From the NCBI GenBank assembly GCA_017961325.1, contig JAGCXM010000005.1, positions 16,052-80,051 of the forward strand: a DNA stretch of 64,000 nt, in the 5' to 3' direction. The translations under genes were made by a program, and so were the position numbers. This DNA is from a bacterium. GTDB lineage: Bacteria; UBP6; UBA1177. Below, in pieces: positions 27,829 to 38,379 of this stretch. How positions within the stretch are numbered: position 1 is the stretch's first letter; the number at the start of each line of letters is the position of its first letter. Under the pieces are notes generated by a model, which worked only from the letters and a program-made list of their open reading frames with translations, was not told where the DNA came from and made no database searches.

Positions 27829-29492
27829 TGTCCCCAAAAAGAAAAGTACGCGCATCAGAACTTACAGCAAGCAGAAACAACAACTCTCAATGGCGTTACC
27901 TCATCCTCCTCATAATAATCGGCGGACTTTTTCTTTACTTCATGATCAAATGGACAAGCGACAAGGAATACGACAGATTCGCTCTTGCTAAGCAGTATTC
28001 CGAATATTACAAGGATTTTTTTGTCGAAAAACCGCTTACATACACGGTTTTTGAGGAAAACAAACTTGTGATAAGGGCCATCAATCTTGGTTCCGAATTT
28101 TGGAACAACGAGTTCCCGGCAATGATCCGGCAGTCTGAAAACGAAGTCAACGAAATGCTGAGCGTTGCAAAACTGATTAACGAGAGTCATTCTCAGAACG
28201 GCGAATCGGTAAAGGAAGAGCAGAATCTTTCGTCATTCCCTGCACTTTACGAACTTCTTGAAACTGGTAAAAAAATGTCCGAAATTTCATACTACAATCT
28301 GGCATCGGGTGAAATTTCGGAGTTCTGGGAAAGGCAGTATCGGAATTTTAAAAAGAAATCAACGGCTTATGCTAAAGCTGAAGTCGTTTTGAACTATCTT
28401 TTCGATAATCCGATGCTGTCCCCGACAGAGATTCAGAACAGAAAGAAACTTCTCGACACTTTAACGAAGGAAAAAACCGATTCCGCTTCTTCAATCGACG
28501 ATCTGGCAAACCAGATTTACGCGATGAGCGACAAAACTTTCGCCGGAATGCTGAAAGATGCCCTTTCAAAGCCTTCTTCAATTTCCGAAAATGAGAAAAA
28601 AGCGCTTCTGCTCAACATTCTGGGCAATATGAAAGTTCATTCGACAATCGACAAAACACCGGATTTCGAGAGCGTCAAGGCGTTCATTCCGTATGCAGAC
28701 CCGAAAAAAATAGAACTGAACGGCGACAGGAAAAGCGTCCGGATAACGAGTCCGAACGTAAGTGTCGACATCAATTTTTTCAAAGAGGCCCTTTTCCTGA
28801 AAAAGTTGAAGGAAAAACTGCCGAAAGTCAAATTCAACTACCTGATTTTCCTGGGCGACCGTCACGGAATGTGGAAACTTCCGAAAGAATATGTCCGCTG
28901 GTCGGTTTCTATCGACGATCCGTTTTCAGTCACCGACAAAATCCGCGGCGCGGTCAAGCTCATGCCTGAGGAAGGTTATTTCGTCATTACGCGGCGCAAT
29001 GAAGACATGATAATGACGCGTCTTGAGGATGTTAGCGAAAAAATCAGGAAAGACCTTGATGCCATTAAGGAATACGACGCTAAAAACGCCTATCTCATCC
29101 AGCTGAGAAAGGATTATCCCGGCAAACTTTACTTCTTCGACCCGATCAAAAAGACGATGTTCCGCAAATACGATACTCCGGTAGACTGGCGGACGGCTTT
29201 GCAGGTTGAAAACAATCTGGCTGCTCTCGTAATCGACGAAGAGGATCCGGTTAGGGCGAGAATGCTTTCCTATTCGCTTTTCATCTCGGACGACGCGCGG
29301 TTAGCTGATCACGAAAAAGGTTTTTCCGATACGGTTTTCGCTGTTCTGAAAAGCGATTCGACCGTATTCGTGCCGCAGAAATTCAAAGAGCTTTTTATGA
29401 CTCCCGAAGATGTGAAGGAAGCCAGAATCAAAGCCGACTACAAGGCGAGAGGGCTTAATCCCGACGGTACTGTTCCGACCAAAAAGAAATGA
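27828..29492 (+). CDS. hypothetical membrane-anchored protein
   Basis: 554-aa ORF with a single N-terminal TM, translationally coupled on both sides. Confidence 0.8.
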   Translation: MSPKRKVRASELTASRNNNSQWRYLILLIIIGGLFLYFMIKWTSDKEYDRFALAKQYSEYYKDFFVEKPLTYTVFEENKLVIRAINLGSEFWNNEFPAMIRQSENEVNEMLSVAKLINESHSQNGESVKEEQNLSSFPALYELLETGKKMSEISYYNLASGEISEFWERQYRNFKKKSTAYAKAEVVLNYLFDNPMLSPTEIQNRKKLLDTLTKEKTDSASSIDDLANQIYAMSDKTFAGMLKDALSKPSSISENEKKALLLNILGNMKVHSTIDKTPDFESVKAFIPYADPKKIELNGDRKSVRITSPNVSVDINFFKEALFLKKLKEKLPKVKFNYLIFLGDRHGMWKLPKEYVRWSVSIDDPFSVTDKIRGAVKLMPEEGYFVITRRNEDMIMTRLEDVSEKIRKDLDAIKEYDAKNAYLIQLRKDYPGKLYFFDPIKKTMFRKYDTPVDWRTALQVENNLAALVIDEEDPVRARMLSYSLFISDDARLADHEKGFSDTVFAVLKSDSTVFVPQKFKELFMTPEDVKEARIKADYKARGLNPDGTVPTKKK

Positions 29493-30727
29493 ACGATTCC
29501 GCTTATATTCCGCTCTATTCGGTTCTGCGTCCGCAGACTTTTGACGATGTGGTCGGTCAGCAGAATGTTATTAAGCTGTTGAAATCATTCTTAAAATCAG
29601 GTTTTTTGCCGTCGATGGTCTTTTACGGTCCGCCCGGAACGGGTAAAACTACCGTCGCAAGAATAACGGCTGAACTTTACAAAGCGAAACTTTACAAATT
29701 TTCGGCAGTTACAGACAGTTCGGCCGATATAAAAAAGACGATATACAAAGACCGCGAATCGGTTTTTATAAACAAACAGATTGTTTTTATTGACGAAATT
29801 CACCGTTTCAACAAGGCTCAGCAGGATATTTTCCTGCCGATGATTGAAAACGAAGGAATAGTTTTTATCGGTGCGACAACAGAAAATCCGTCGTTTTACG
29901 TCAACAATGCGCTGCTTTCCAGAGCCAGAAGCGTTCGTTTTTCCAAAATTTCTGTCCTGGACATCGTAAAAGTGCTGCACAGGGCAACAGACTATCTGAA
30001 AACGGAAATTGAAGAAGAACTCCTTGAAATTATTGCGAAAGAGGCAGACGGAGACGTCAGGATCGCAGTTTCGATACTTGAAAGCGCATACCATCTGAGC
30101 GATAAAAGCATAATTTCCCGCGAAAATGTGATGGAGATGATTGAGAATCCGGCACAATACGACAAAACGGGTGATTTTCACTACCGGACGATCTCTGCTT
30201 TCATCAAAAGTCTCCGCGGGAGCGACCCCGATGCCGCGCTGTACTATCTTGTCAAAATGATTGAATCTGGGGATAACCCCTTGTTTTTATTGCGTAGAAT
30301 GATAATTTTTGCTTCCGAAGACGTCGGAAATGCCGATCCGAGGGCTCTTGAACTTGCCGTCGCTGCACTTCACGCGTTTCAGGCTGTGGGATATCCCGAA
30401 GGAAAGATAATTTTAGCGCATATCGTCAACTATCTTGCTACCGCTCCAAAAAGTAACGCAAGCTATATGGGGCTTCACGCTGCCGAAGATTTTTTCAAGG
30501 AAAATCCGTCACTTGAAATTCCGAAACATCTCATAAACGATTCTTCTTTTGCTCCCGGCGAAGAGAAGGGGGACTACAAATATCCTCACGATTACGAAAA
30601 TCACTGGGTCGATCAGCGTTATTTCCCCGGCGACGGCGAGCCACCTCTATTCTACAAAATGAAGAACATCGGCTACGAAGCAAAAATCAAGGATTACTGG
30701 GAAAAAATCAAGGAGGTAAAACAATGA
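29489..30727 (+). CDS. rarA: replication-associated recombination protein A
   Basis: GPPGTGKTT, IDEIHRFNKAQQD, GATTENPSF, ISAFIKSLRGSDPDAA, ASEDVGNADP, PKSN. Confidence 0.96.
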   Translation: MNDSAYIPLYSVLRPQTFDDVVGQQNVIKLLKSFLKSGFLPSMVFYGPPGTGKTTVARITAELYKAKLYKFSAVTDSSADIKKTIYKDRESVFINKQIVFIDEIHRFNKAQQDIFLPMIENEGIVFIGATTENPSFYVNNALLSRARSVRFSKISVLDIVKVLHRATDYLKTEIEEELLEIIAKEADGDVRIAVSILESAYHLSDKSIISRENVMEMIENPAQYDKTGDFHYRTISAFIKSLRGSDPDAALYYLVKMIESGDNPLFLLRRMIIFASEDVGNADPRALELAVAALHAFQAVGYPEGKIILAHIVNYLATAPKSNASYMGLHAAEDFFKENPSLEIPKHLINDSSFAPGEEKGDYKYPHDYENHWVDQRYFPGDGEPPLFYKMKNIGYEAKIKDYWEKIKEVKQ

Positions 30728-31461
30728 AAAAGTTTTGCTCAATTTCAGTTTTCTTCTTAGTTTTTCTGTCTGTTATGGCAGTTTATGCCGACTGCGTAGT
30801 CTTTCTTGACCGCGACGGCGACGGTTTCGGCAGTGAAAAAACTGTTTTTGACTACGACTGTCCCGATGATACGCCGATGGGTTATGCCAAAAAAGGCGGC
30901 GACTGCAACGATTCCAACCGCTATATTAATCCGAAAGCCGAGGAACTCTGCAACGGAATTGACGACAACTGCGACGGAATCGTCGATCCGCAGAATGTCA
31001 GAGACTGCAACAGATACTACAAGGATCTTGATTACGACGGCTTCGGAACCGACGAATACCGCTGTCTGTGCATTTCCGAAGGCGATTTCCGCGCTCTTGA
31101 ACGCGGCGACTGCAACGATTCGAATCCGAAGGTCCATCCCGAAGCGCGTGAAGTATGCAACGATTTGGACGACAACTGCAACGGCGAAGCGGATGAAGGT
31201 GAAAATATCACAAACTGCCGTCCGTTCTACCGCGATTCCGACGGCGACGGTTTCGGAATCGGCGATGACAGCAAGTGTTTATGCAAGCCTACCGGTCTTT
31301 TCAGGGCAGACAGGACGGGCGACTGCAACGACAACAATTCTGAAATCTATCCCGGCGCCTACGAATATTTCGACCGTTTGGACAACAACTGCAACGGCGT
31401 AATCGACGAAAATCCCGGACATTTCCCCGCTCCGCCGAGAAAACATAGGAAATCACGGTAA
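30724..31461 (+). CDS. secreted protein made of MopE-type putative metal-binding repeats
   Basis: Signal peptide; three units of D-x-D-x-DGFG...DCND-x-N..(I/V)-x-P-x-A-x-E...D(D)NC-x-G..D. Confidence 0.85.
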   Translation: MKKFCSISVFFLVFLSVMAVYADCVVFLDRDGDGFGSEKTVFDYDCPDDTPMGYAKKGGDCNDSNRYINPKAEELCNGIDDNCDGIVDPQNVRDCNRYYKDLDYDGFGTDEYRCLCISEGDFRALERGDCNDSNPKVHPEAREVCNDLDDNCNGEADEGENITNCRPFYRDSDGDGFGIGDDSKCLCKPTGLFRADRTGDCNDNNSEIYPGAYEYFDRLDNNCNGVIDENPGHFPAPPRKHRKSR

Positions 31462-31470
31462 TAGCTGAAC

Positions 31471-32826
31471 TCAGTTCAGTTCACTGACAAGATTTTTTAT
31501 CCACTTTTTTGAAATGTAGCGCTTGAATCCCCAGATGAATTTTATCGCCTCTTCCGACTTGCCTAGAACGAGAACCCAGTAAAGCGGCAGTTCGAAAAAG
31601 ACGGCTCCGGCAAACGAGAGCGGAACCGCAATTATCCAGAGTGCGCCGACATCGATGAGAAATGCCGCCTTCGTATCGCCTCCGCTGCGCAGGATGCCGA
31701 CAATATTGAGATTGTTGAACGCGACTACCGGCAGGAAGAATATCCAGACGAGGGTGCTTTTGTAGGCGAGATCGTAAACACTCTGCGATATGTTGTAAAC
31801 GGAAAGTATCGGATTAGTGAAGAGAAAAACGAGAAGTGAAAGAAAAATACCGGTCGATATCGAAAGTTTGACGAGTCTTACCGAGGTGCACCAAACTTTT
31901 TCAGAATCGATGCATGCCCCGATATCGTGCCCTAAAACTACGCCGCCGGCGTTGCCGATACCTATGAAAGCGGCGAAGAAGAGCTGCGTCACGCTGTCTG
32001 AAATGTTTATGGCTGCGACCGATTCGGTTCCTAGTTTCGCGTAAATCCAGTTGAGCGCCAGAATTCCGAAAGCCCACGTCGTTTCGTTGAAGAAAACTGG
32101 CATCGCCGTCTTGAACAGCTGATTTAGAAGGTCTTTTTTAGCACTGAAAAGCTCGCTGAATCTGGCTGCCGCCGCAAGATTTTTAATGTATGTGTAGGCA
32201 AGCGTAAGGACAAGTTCGGCTATTCGCGCAATGAGTGTCGCCGCCGCTGCGCCGCGAATGCCCATTTCGGGAAAACCGAGATGCCCGAAAATAAGAAGCC
32301 AGTTGAAAAAAACGTTTATAATCAATGATATAACGCATGAATAGACGGGAAGACGCGGACTGTCGGTGCAGCGGAGAACTACCTGAAAAATAAATGAAAC
32401 CGCGGTAAAAACATAGCTGAAGGAGACGATTTCCAGATATTCGCAGGCCAGAGAGATGACTTCCGGATCTTCAGAAAAAAGTCCGACAAGCTCTTTCGGA
32501 AAGAGGCTGGCCCCGATAAGCGCCGCAAGTGAAACGGCTACTCCGAAAACGAGAGTGACTCCCATGACGCGCCGCAGATTTAGAAGGTCTTTTTTGCCGT
32601 AAAACTGCGAAACGAAAATCTGTCCGCCGCTTCCCATTCCGAAAAGAAAGAGAATCAAGAGAAACATCAGATGGTTGCTTATCCCCAAAGCGGCGATCGC
32701 TTCTTCACCGAGCTGTCCGACCATGAAGACATCCGCCATGTTTATCGCGGAAATCATCAGGTTGTGTATCGCAATCGGAACCGCTATTCCGAGAACCCGT
32801 CTGTAAAAACCGTCACTTCGAGACAT
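31471..32826 (-). CDS. MATE family efflux transporter
   Basis: IAVPIA...NMADVFMVGQLGEEAIAA, PEMGIRGAAAATLIAR, ILRSGGDT; multiple TM helices. Confidence 0.94.
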   Translation of the reverse strand: MSRSDGFYRRVLGIAVPIAIHNLMISAINMADVFMVGQLGEEAIAALGISNHLMFLLILFLFGMGSGGQIFVSQFYGKKDLLNLRRVMGVTLVFGVAVSLAALIGASLFPKELVGLFSEDPEVISLACEYLEIVSFSYVFTAVSFIFQVVLRCTDSPRLPVYSCVISLIINVFFNWLLIFGHLGFPEMGIRGAAAATLIARIAELVLTLAYTYIKNLAAAARFSELFSAKKDLLNQLFKTAMPVFFNETTWAFGILALNWIYAKLGTESVAAINISDSVTQLFFAAFIGIGNAGGVVLGHDIGACIDSEKVWCTSVRLVKLSISTGIFLSLLVFLFTNPILSVYNISQSVYDLAYKSTLVWIFFLPVVAFNNLNIVGILRSGGDTKAAFLIDVGALWIIAVPLSFAGAVFFELPLYWVLVLGKSEEAIKFIWGFKRYISKKWIKNLVSELN

Positions 32827-33019
32827 CGCATATCCGTCAAAACAGTTCGCAGGATGTTAGCACAAGATAATTTTCAAAAACAGAAAAAACGCCAGGTTAA
32901 TTATTCTTTAATAAAATCAGATGTTTATCATTTTTTTAAAATTTTTATCAGAAAAACCGGCACTTTATGTTACTAAATAGATGTTGTCTTTGTTTTTTAA
33001 CTTTGCAAAGGAGAGATCT

Positions 33020-36000
33020 ATGAGAAAATCAGCGATTTTGTTGTTAATTACCGCATTTATTGCAGTTTTTATCTGTTCATGCAGCAATTCCGGTTCAGGT
33101 TCGGAAATCATAAATCCTTTTGAAAACGAAGGAGACCGAATCGTAAAAGTCGGAAATCTGGAAGTAAATGAAAGTAAGATTTTCATCTTCTACAAATCCG
33201 GTAAATTTTTTCTGAATATACCGGTCAAACTTGACAAAGGCAGCGATCCTATAGCTGCAACCTGTTCGGTAAGCACGGAAGGGCTTGACGGAATGCCGAA
33301 AGAAGACTCGGAAAAGCAGCAGAAAGAACAAATCAGCGACAAAACCGAAACGCTCGCAATAGATCTCGGCGCAGATTATCTGCCCGACATTGAAGAACTG
33401 ACAAATCTCATTTTGAAATATTCGATAAAATGGAACAGCCACAATCTCAGCGGCAAAGTTTCAATGTTCAGAATCTCACCGAAAATGAGAACGTTCATAA
33501 TCGGAAACAAAGAGGTTGTCAGCGGAGGAACCTCGATTTTCAGGATTTTTGTAAGTGACGTTCTTTCGGGAGAGCCGATAGCAAGCGGTTCGCCTCTCAT
33601 GAATAAAGAGATAACGGTCGAGTTTTTCAGCGGAGACGAGCTAGTCGGTAAAGTTTCGGCAAAAACAGACAAGGGCGGAATGGCAGAAATTCCCGTTTCT
33701 CTCGATGATTCCGTTACAGGAAATATTACGATGGTCGCAACAACCGAAACCGTTTACGGGAAGCGTACTCTTTCGGCAAATCTGGTCTCAGCGACACAGG
33801 AAAGTTACAACAAAACGCTGCTTACAACCGACAAACCCCTCTATCAGCCGGGACAGACTATACACATACGCTCGCTTTCACTTGGACTTCCTGACAAAAA
33901 ACCGATGGATAATACCGATATAACGTTTGAACTCAGCGATCCGAAAGGAAACAAGGTGTTCAAAAAAACGGGCAAAACCAGCAGATACGGCATATTTTCG
34001 GCCGATTTCAAGCTTGCGAACCTTGTAAGTCTCGGAAATTATCAGCTCTCGGCATTGATAGACGGCGTAATCGCAGCGCAGAAAACACTCACGGTTGAAA
34101 AGTACGTCCTTCCGAAGTTCGGAATCGAATTTTCGGCTGACAAAGGTTTTTATCTGCCGGGCGAAACGATGGAAGGTGAAATTGTTTCAAACTATTTCTA
34201 CGGGAAACCGGTAAGCAATGGCATAATTCACATCGAGGCAAAGACCTCAGATGTTTCGGAAACGACTTTTCAGACGATTGACGCAACTCTTTCGCAGGAC
34301 GGCAAATACACATTTTCGATAAAACTGCCGAATTATTTTACAGGCAGCACACTTGAGCAGGGAAATGCCAAAGTGAAACTCGAAATAACCGTTACGGACA
34401 CGGCTGACCATGCACAGTCTGTCGTCAAATATCTGACTGTCGCACAGTCTCCGGTCATAGCTACACTCGTTCCGGCAGCCGGCAAGATGCTTCCGGGAAC
34501 GGAACAAACGATGTATCTCATCCTTACAGATCCTCAGGGGAATCCTGTTTCGGGCAAAGCCGCGATAAAAGCTAGTGGTGAATCCGTCGAACAGAACGTT
34601 GACGAAAGCGGTTTTGCGGAATTTAAAATGGTTCTTCCCGAAGACGGCAAGGTTACTGTCGGAATCAAGTATGACGGAAAAACTTACGAAAGCGTAAAAT
34701 ATTTTAAAAATGACGGAAACGCCGAATTCATCTTCCTTTCGACCGATTCACCGATTTACGATGCCGGAGAAGATGTTGAAGTGAGTGTTTTCACAGGTTT
34801 CGACCCGAATGCGGAACAGCCTTCGATGCTTCCAGACAGAGCTTATCTGGATGTTGTTGTCGAAGACCAGATAAGGCTTACCAAAGTGGTTGAACTGAAA
34901 GAAGGAAAGGGAAAAATATCGCTTCCGCTTGATGAAACGATGCACGGAGTCGTAGAGTTTCTTGCATACTATCTCACGAAAGAAGGCAACATCATCCGCT
35001 CGTCAAAAGCGGTTTACGTCCGAAAGGCAAGCTCGCTTTCAGTTGAATTTTCAACAGATAAAGAGGAATACAAGCCGAGAGAGACAGCAAAAGCGCGTTT
35101 CACCGTTAAAGATGTCGAAGGAAAACCGGCACCGGCTGCACTAGGAGTCGCAATGGTTGATGAAGCCGTTTTCCATGTCATGGATTTCGTTCCCGGAATG
35201 GAAGCGACATATTTCAACATCGAAAGTGCGATTATGGAATCGAATTTTGTGATTTACGGAACAAGTTATCAGGACATCGTTTCAAGCAGTAAAGATGAAG
35301 AACTTGAAGAAGAAACCGAAAAGAGGGTGAGCGCTTTCTTTGCTGACAATGCAGGAAATCTGCAGCATGACATAGCAAAGGAAGACTACTCGCAGTATGA
35401 ATCAAAGCACAATTCTGCGGCCAGAAGTGCCGTAGGAAACAAAGTCTCAGGAGCACTTTCGGATACAGATTGGAACTACTGCGAAGACATCAATGAAATC
35501 AATGAAAAACTCAAAAAGATTTTCGCAAAATCTGAAAATGCCGACCCGTGGGGCAACGTGATGAATGCCTCGGCCAAACAAGATCATTGGGGTACTTATG
35601 CCGTGATTGCCTCGGCAGGTCCCGATGAAACAGCTGAAACGGAGGATGATATTAAGATAGAAGTTACATTGTGTGAGGAATATTGGGATGAAGACGCTGA
35701 TGCCGAAGCCGGAAACTGGGATGGAGGTGACACAGGTTCAGAAGCTGGCTATGACGGTGATGATACAGGTGAGGCCGGAAACAGCGGCAAAAAAATAAAG
35801 GTCAGAGAATGGTTTCCGGAGACTCTCTACTACAATCCTCAGCTTATCACCGACGATTCCGGAAAAGCCGAAGTCGAAATACAGATGGCAGATTCCATAA
35901 CGTCATGGCGCGTCACGGCTCTTGCAAACACTCTTGGCGGTGCAATCGGAAGTTCGCTTGACAGCATAAGGGTTTTTCAGGACTTCTTTGTAGATATCGA

Positions 36001-37897
36001 CTTCCCTGTTTCTCTGACCCAGAATGACGAAATTTCCGTTCCTGTCGGAATTTACAACTATCTCAATGTTGAACAGAACATAACTTTAGAAGCGGAAAGC
36101 GACGACTGGTTTGAAATGACAGGTGACTCGGCGATAAACGTTACCGTCCCGGCAAACTCGGTAACATCGGCGTATTTCCCGATAAAAGTGCTGAAAATAG
36201 GAACGCACAGCATGACGATTTTCGCCCACGGCTCGCAGATGTCTGACGCTATAAAGCGCACAGTCACCGTCAAACCCGACGGAATAATGGAGGACAAGTC
36301 TGAAAGCGCAGTATTCAGCGGCAACAAAACGATAAAACTTACGATTCCCGAAAACGCAATTCCCGACAGCGCGGAACTTTTCGTAAAAATCTATCCCGGT
36401 TTCATGAGTCAGGCTGTCGAAGGGCTCGATTCGATACTTCAGCTGCCTTACGGCTGTTTCGAGCAGACTTCTTCGACGACTTATCCGAACGTTTTAGTTC
36501 TTCAATACATGATTGCGGCTGACACGCTGACTCCCGAAATCGAACTTAAAGCAAGGGATTACATAACTCAGGGCTATCAGAGACTGCTCACCTACGAAGT
36601 TCAGGGCGGCGGTTTTGAATGGTTCGGCGATTCGCCAGCGCACCTCACGCTTACGGCTTACGGACTTCTCGAATTCAACGACATGAGCAAAGTCCACACG
36701 ATTGATCCAAACCTCATTGACAGAACTGCCGCATGGATCGCGCAGCAGCAGAAATCCGACGGCTCGTTCGTCACCGAGAACGGATACATGGACGGAGCAA
36801 TCAACAATTTCCTCGCATCAGCTCTCAGAACGACGGCTTACGCGGCCTGGGCTCTTGCTGAGACCGACAAAGAACTTTCGGCAAGGCAGAAGGCTGTTCA
36901 ATACATCGAATCGCATCTTTCGGAAGCCGACGACATCTATTCAAAAGCGATGGCCGCGATCGCGCTTATTAAAAACGGCGGTACTGCGACAAAAATCGAA
37001 CAGCTCGTAAACGAAATCCTGGAAGCTAAACAGGAAGACGCCGAGGGCAGTATTTACTGGAATCAGACTCTGAGCACAGAGACATACACTTCCGGAGAAG
37101 GGGCAAAGCTCGAAACAACGGCTCTGGTCGGTTCGCTTCTCGTCTACAAAGGCGGATACGCCAACATTACTGACCGCATTCTCAAATGGATCGTCAAGCA
37201 GAAAGACTCTTTCGGCAACTGGTCAACGACACAGGGAACTATCCGCGCACTCAAATTCATGGTCGAATCAATGTATGCTTCCGCAGCACCGGATACAAAT
37301 GCGACTCTGAAAATTTCCGCAAACGGTTCGCCTGAAACCACAATAAAAGTAACGCCTGATGACTCCGACGTAATGCGCCTGATCGACTTCAAAGAACATC
37401 TGGTTTACGGAGAAAACACGATCGAAATAAAATCAAATTCAGATTCCAACATGCTTTATCAGGCAACTGCGACCTGGTATGTGCCGGGATCCAGCGCAGT
37501 TTCGACAGGTCCGCTCACGATAGACGTGACCTACGACAAAACGAACCTTGCCGTAAACGATACTGTAAAGGCGGCCGTGACTATCAAAAATGTCAGTGAA
37601 GAAAAAGTGAACATGGTTCTTGCAAGCGTAGGTATAGCACCCGGATTTACGCTGATTCCGGCACTGCTTGACGCAGCCGTCGAAAACGGAACCCCGCTCA
37701 GAAAATACGAATCGACTCCGCGCCAGATCATCCTTTATCTCAACTATATCGAAGCGAACTCGACTCAGACTTACCAGTTCGAACTTGTGGCCGATTATCC
37801 GATCAAAGGAGCGACCGGCGAATCATCAGTACATCCCTACTACAATCCTGAAGAAAACTACAACGATCTTTCACAGGAAATCGTGATCAGTGAATGA
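33020..37897 (+). CDS. alpha-2-macroglobulin family thioester lipoprotein
   Basis: Lipobox ICSC; MG-domain motifs TDKPLYQPGQ and YVLPKF; VREWFPET, DSITSWR; thioester PYGCFEQ; GYQRLL, WSTTQGT. Confidence 0.93.
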   Translation: MRKSAILLLITAFIAVFICSCSNSGSGSEIINPFENEGDRIVKVGNLEVNESKIFIFYKSGKFFLNIPVKLDKGSDPIAATCSVSTEGLDGMPKEDSEKQQKEQISDKTETLAIDLGADYLPDIEELTNLILKYSIKWNSHNLSGKVSMFRISPKMRTFIIGNKEVVSGGTSIFRIFVSDVLSGEPIASGSPLMNKEITVEFFSGDELVGKVSAKTDKGGMAEIPVSLDDSVTGNITMVATTETVYGKRTLSANLVSATQESYNKTLLTTDKPLYQPGQTIHIRSLSLGLPDKKPMDNTDITFELSDPKGNKVFKKTGKTSRYGIFSADFKLANLVSLGNYQLSALIDGVIAAQKTLTVEKYVLPKFGIEFSADKGFYLPGETMEGEIVSNYFYGKPVSNGIIHIEAKTSDVSETTFQTIDATLSQDGKYTFSIKLPNYFTGSTLEQGNAKVKLEITVTDTADHAQSVVKYLTVAQSPVIATLVPAAGKMLPGTEQTMYLILTDPQGNPVSGKAAIKASGESVEQNVDESGFAEFKMVLPEDGKVTVGIKYDGKTYESVKYFKNDGNAEFIFLSTDSPIYDAGEDVEVSVFTGFDPNAEQPSMLPDRAYLDVVVEDQIRLTKVVELKEGKGKISLPLDETMHGVVEFLAYYLTKEGNIIRSSKAVYVRKASSLSVEFSTDKEEYKPRETAKARFTVKDVEGKPAPAALGVAMVDEAVFHVMDFVPGMEATYFNIESAIMESNFVIYGTSYQDIVSSSKDEELEEETEKRVSAFFADNAGNLQHDIAKEDYSQYESKHNSAARSAVGNKVSGALSDTDWNYCEDINEINEKLKKIFAKSENADPWGNVMNASAKQDHWGTYAVIASAGPDETAETEDDIKIEVTLCEEYWDEDADAEAGNWDGGDTGSEAGYDGDDTGEAGNSGKKIKVREWFPETLYYNPQLITDDSGKAEVEIQMADSITSWRVTALANTLGGAIGSSLDSIRVFQDFFVDIDFPVSLTQNDEISVPVGIYNYLNVEQNITLEAESDDWFEMTGDSAINVTVPANSVTSAYFPIKVLKIGTHSMTIFAHGSQMSDAIKRTVTVKPDGIMEDKSESAVFSGNKTIKLTIPENAIPDSAELFVKIYPGFMSQAVEGLDSILQLPYGCFEQTSSTTYPNVLVLQYMIAADTLTPEIELKARDYITQGYQRLLTYEVQGGGFEWFGDSPAHLTLTAYGLLEFNDMSKVHTIDPNLIDRTAAWIAQQQKSDGSFVTENGYMDGAINNFLASALRTTAYAAWALAETDKELSARQKAVQYIESHLSEADDIYSKAMAAIALIKNGGTATKIEQLVNEILEAKQEDAEGSIYWNQTLSTETYTSGEGAKLETTALVGSLLVYKGGYANITDRILKWIVKQKDSFGNWSTTQGTIRALKFMVESMYASAAPDTNATLKISANGSPETTIKVTPDDSDVMRLIDFKEHLVYGENTIEIKSNSDSNMLYQATATWYVPGSSAVSTGPLTIDVTYDKTNLAVNDTVKAAVTIKNVSEEKVNMVLASVGIAPGFTLIPALLDAAVENGTPLRKYESTPRQIILYLNYIEANSTQTYQFELVADYPIKGATGESSVHPYYNPEENYNDLSQEIVISE

Positions 37898-37900
37898 TTT

Positions 37901-38377
37901 CTAGACCGTAACGTCAACCTGTCCCGACTCTTCGACACTTTTTTTGTCCCACTCGATTTTCGAACAGCAGCCCTCTTTTTTGAGCTGTCTGAGGAGGATG
38001 TCGATCGCGTTTCTGAGAACGGGAGAATTTTTCGAATGGAGTCCTTTGCCTGTGACGATACGGATCTTGTAGATTCTGCCGCTTTTCATGGCGCGGACAT
38101 TGGTTTCGACAACTTTTTCTGCCTCGTCCTGCGTCAGTCCGTGGAGATCTATCTGAAATTCGGGAAGAACATTTTCGCTTCGCGGTCTGAAGAATTCTTT
38201 CTGTTCTTCCGCGCTTGATTCCTTTTCGCGTTTGTGGATCTCGAAATCGATGTCGGAATATTCTTCGAGAAGGTCGGCGAAACTTTCGGTTTTCTGATCC
38301 TTTTTTGTATCTTTGCCGGCAAAAATTTCGGCAAAATTCATCGAATCATCGTTATTTTTATTGAATTTTTTACTCAT
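37901..38377 (-). CDS. Smr/MutS2 C-terminal domain protein
   Basis: IDLHGLTQDEA, IVTGKGLHS..PVLR. Confidence 0.9.
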   Translation of the reverse strand: MSKKFNKNNDDSMNFAEIFAGKDTKKDQKTESFADLLEEYSDIDFEIHKREKESSAEEQKEFFRPRSENVLPEFQIDLHGLTQDEAEKVVETNVRAMKSGRIYKIRIVTGKGLHSKNSPVLRNAIDILLRQLKKEGCCSKIEWDKKSVEESGQVDVTV

Positions 38378-38379
38378 TT

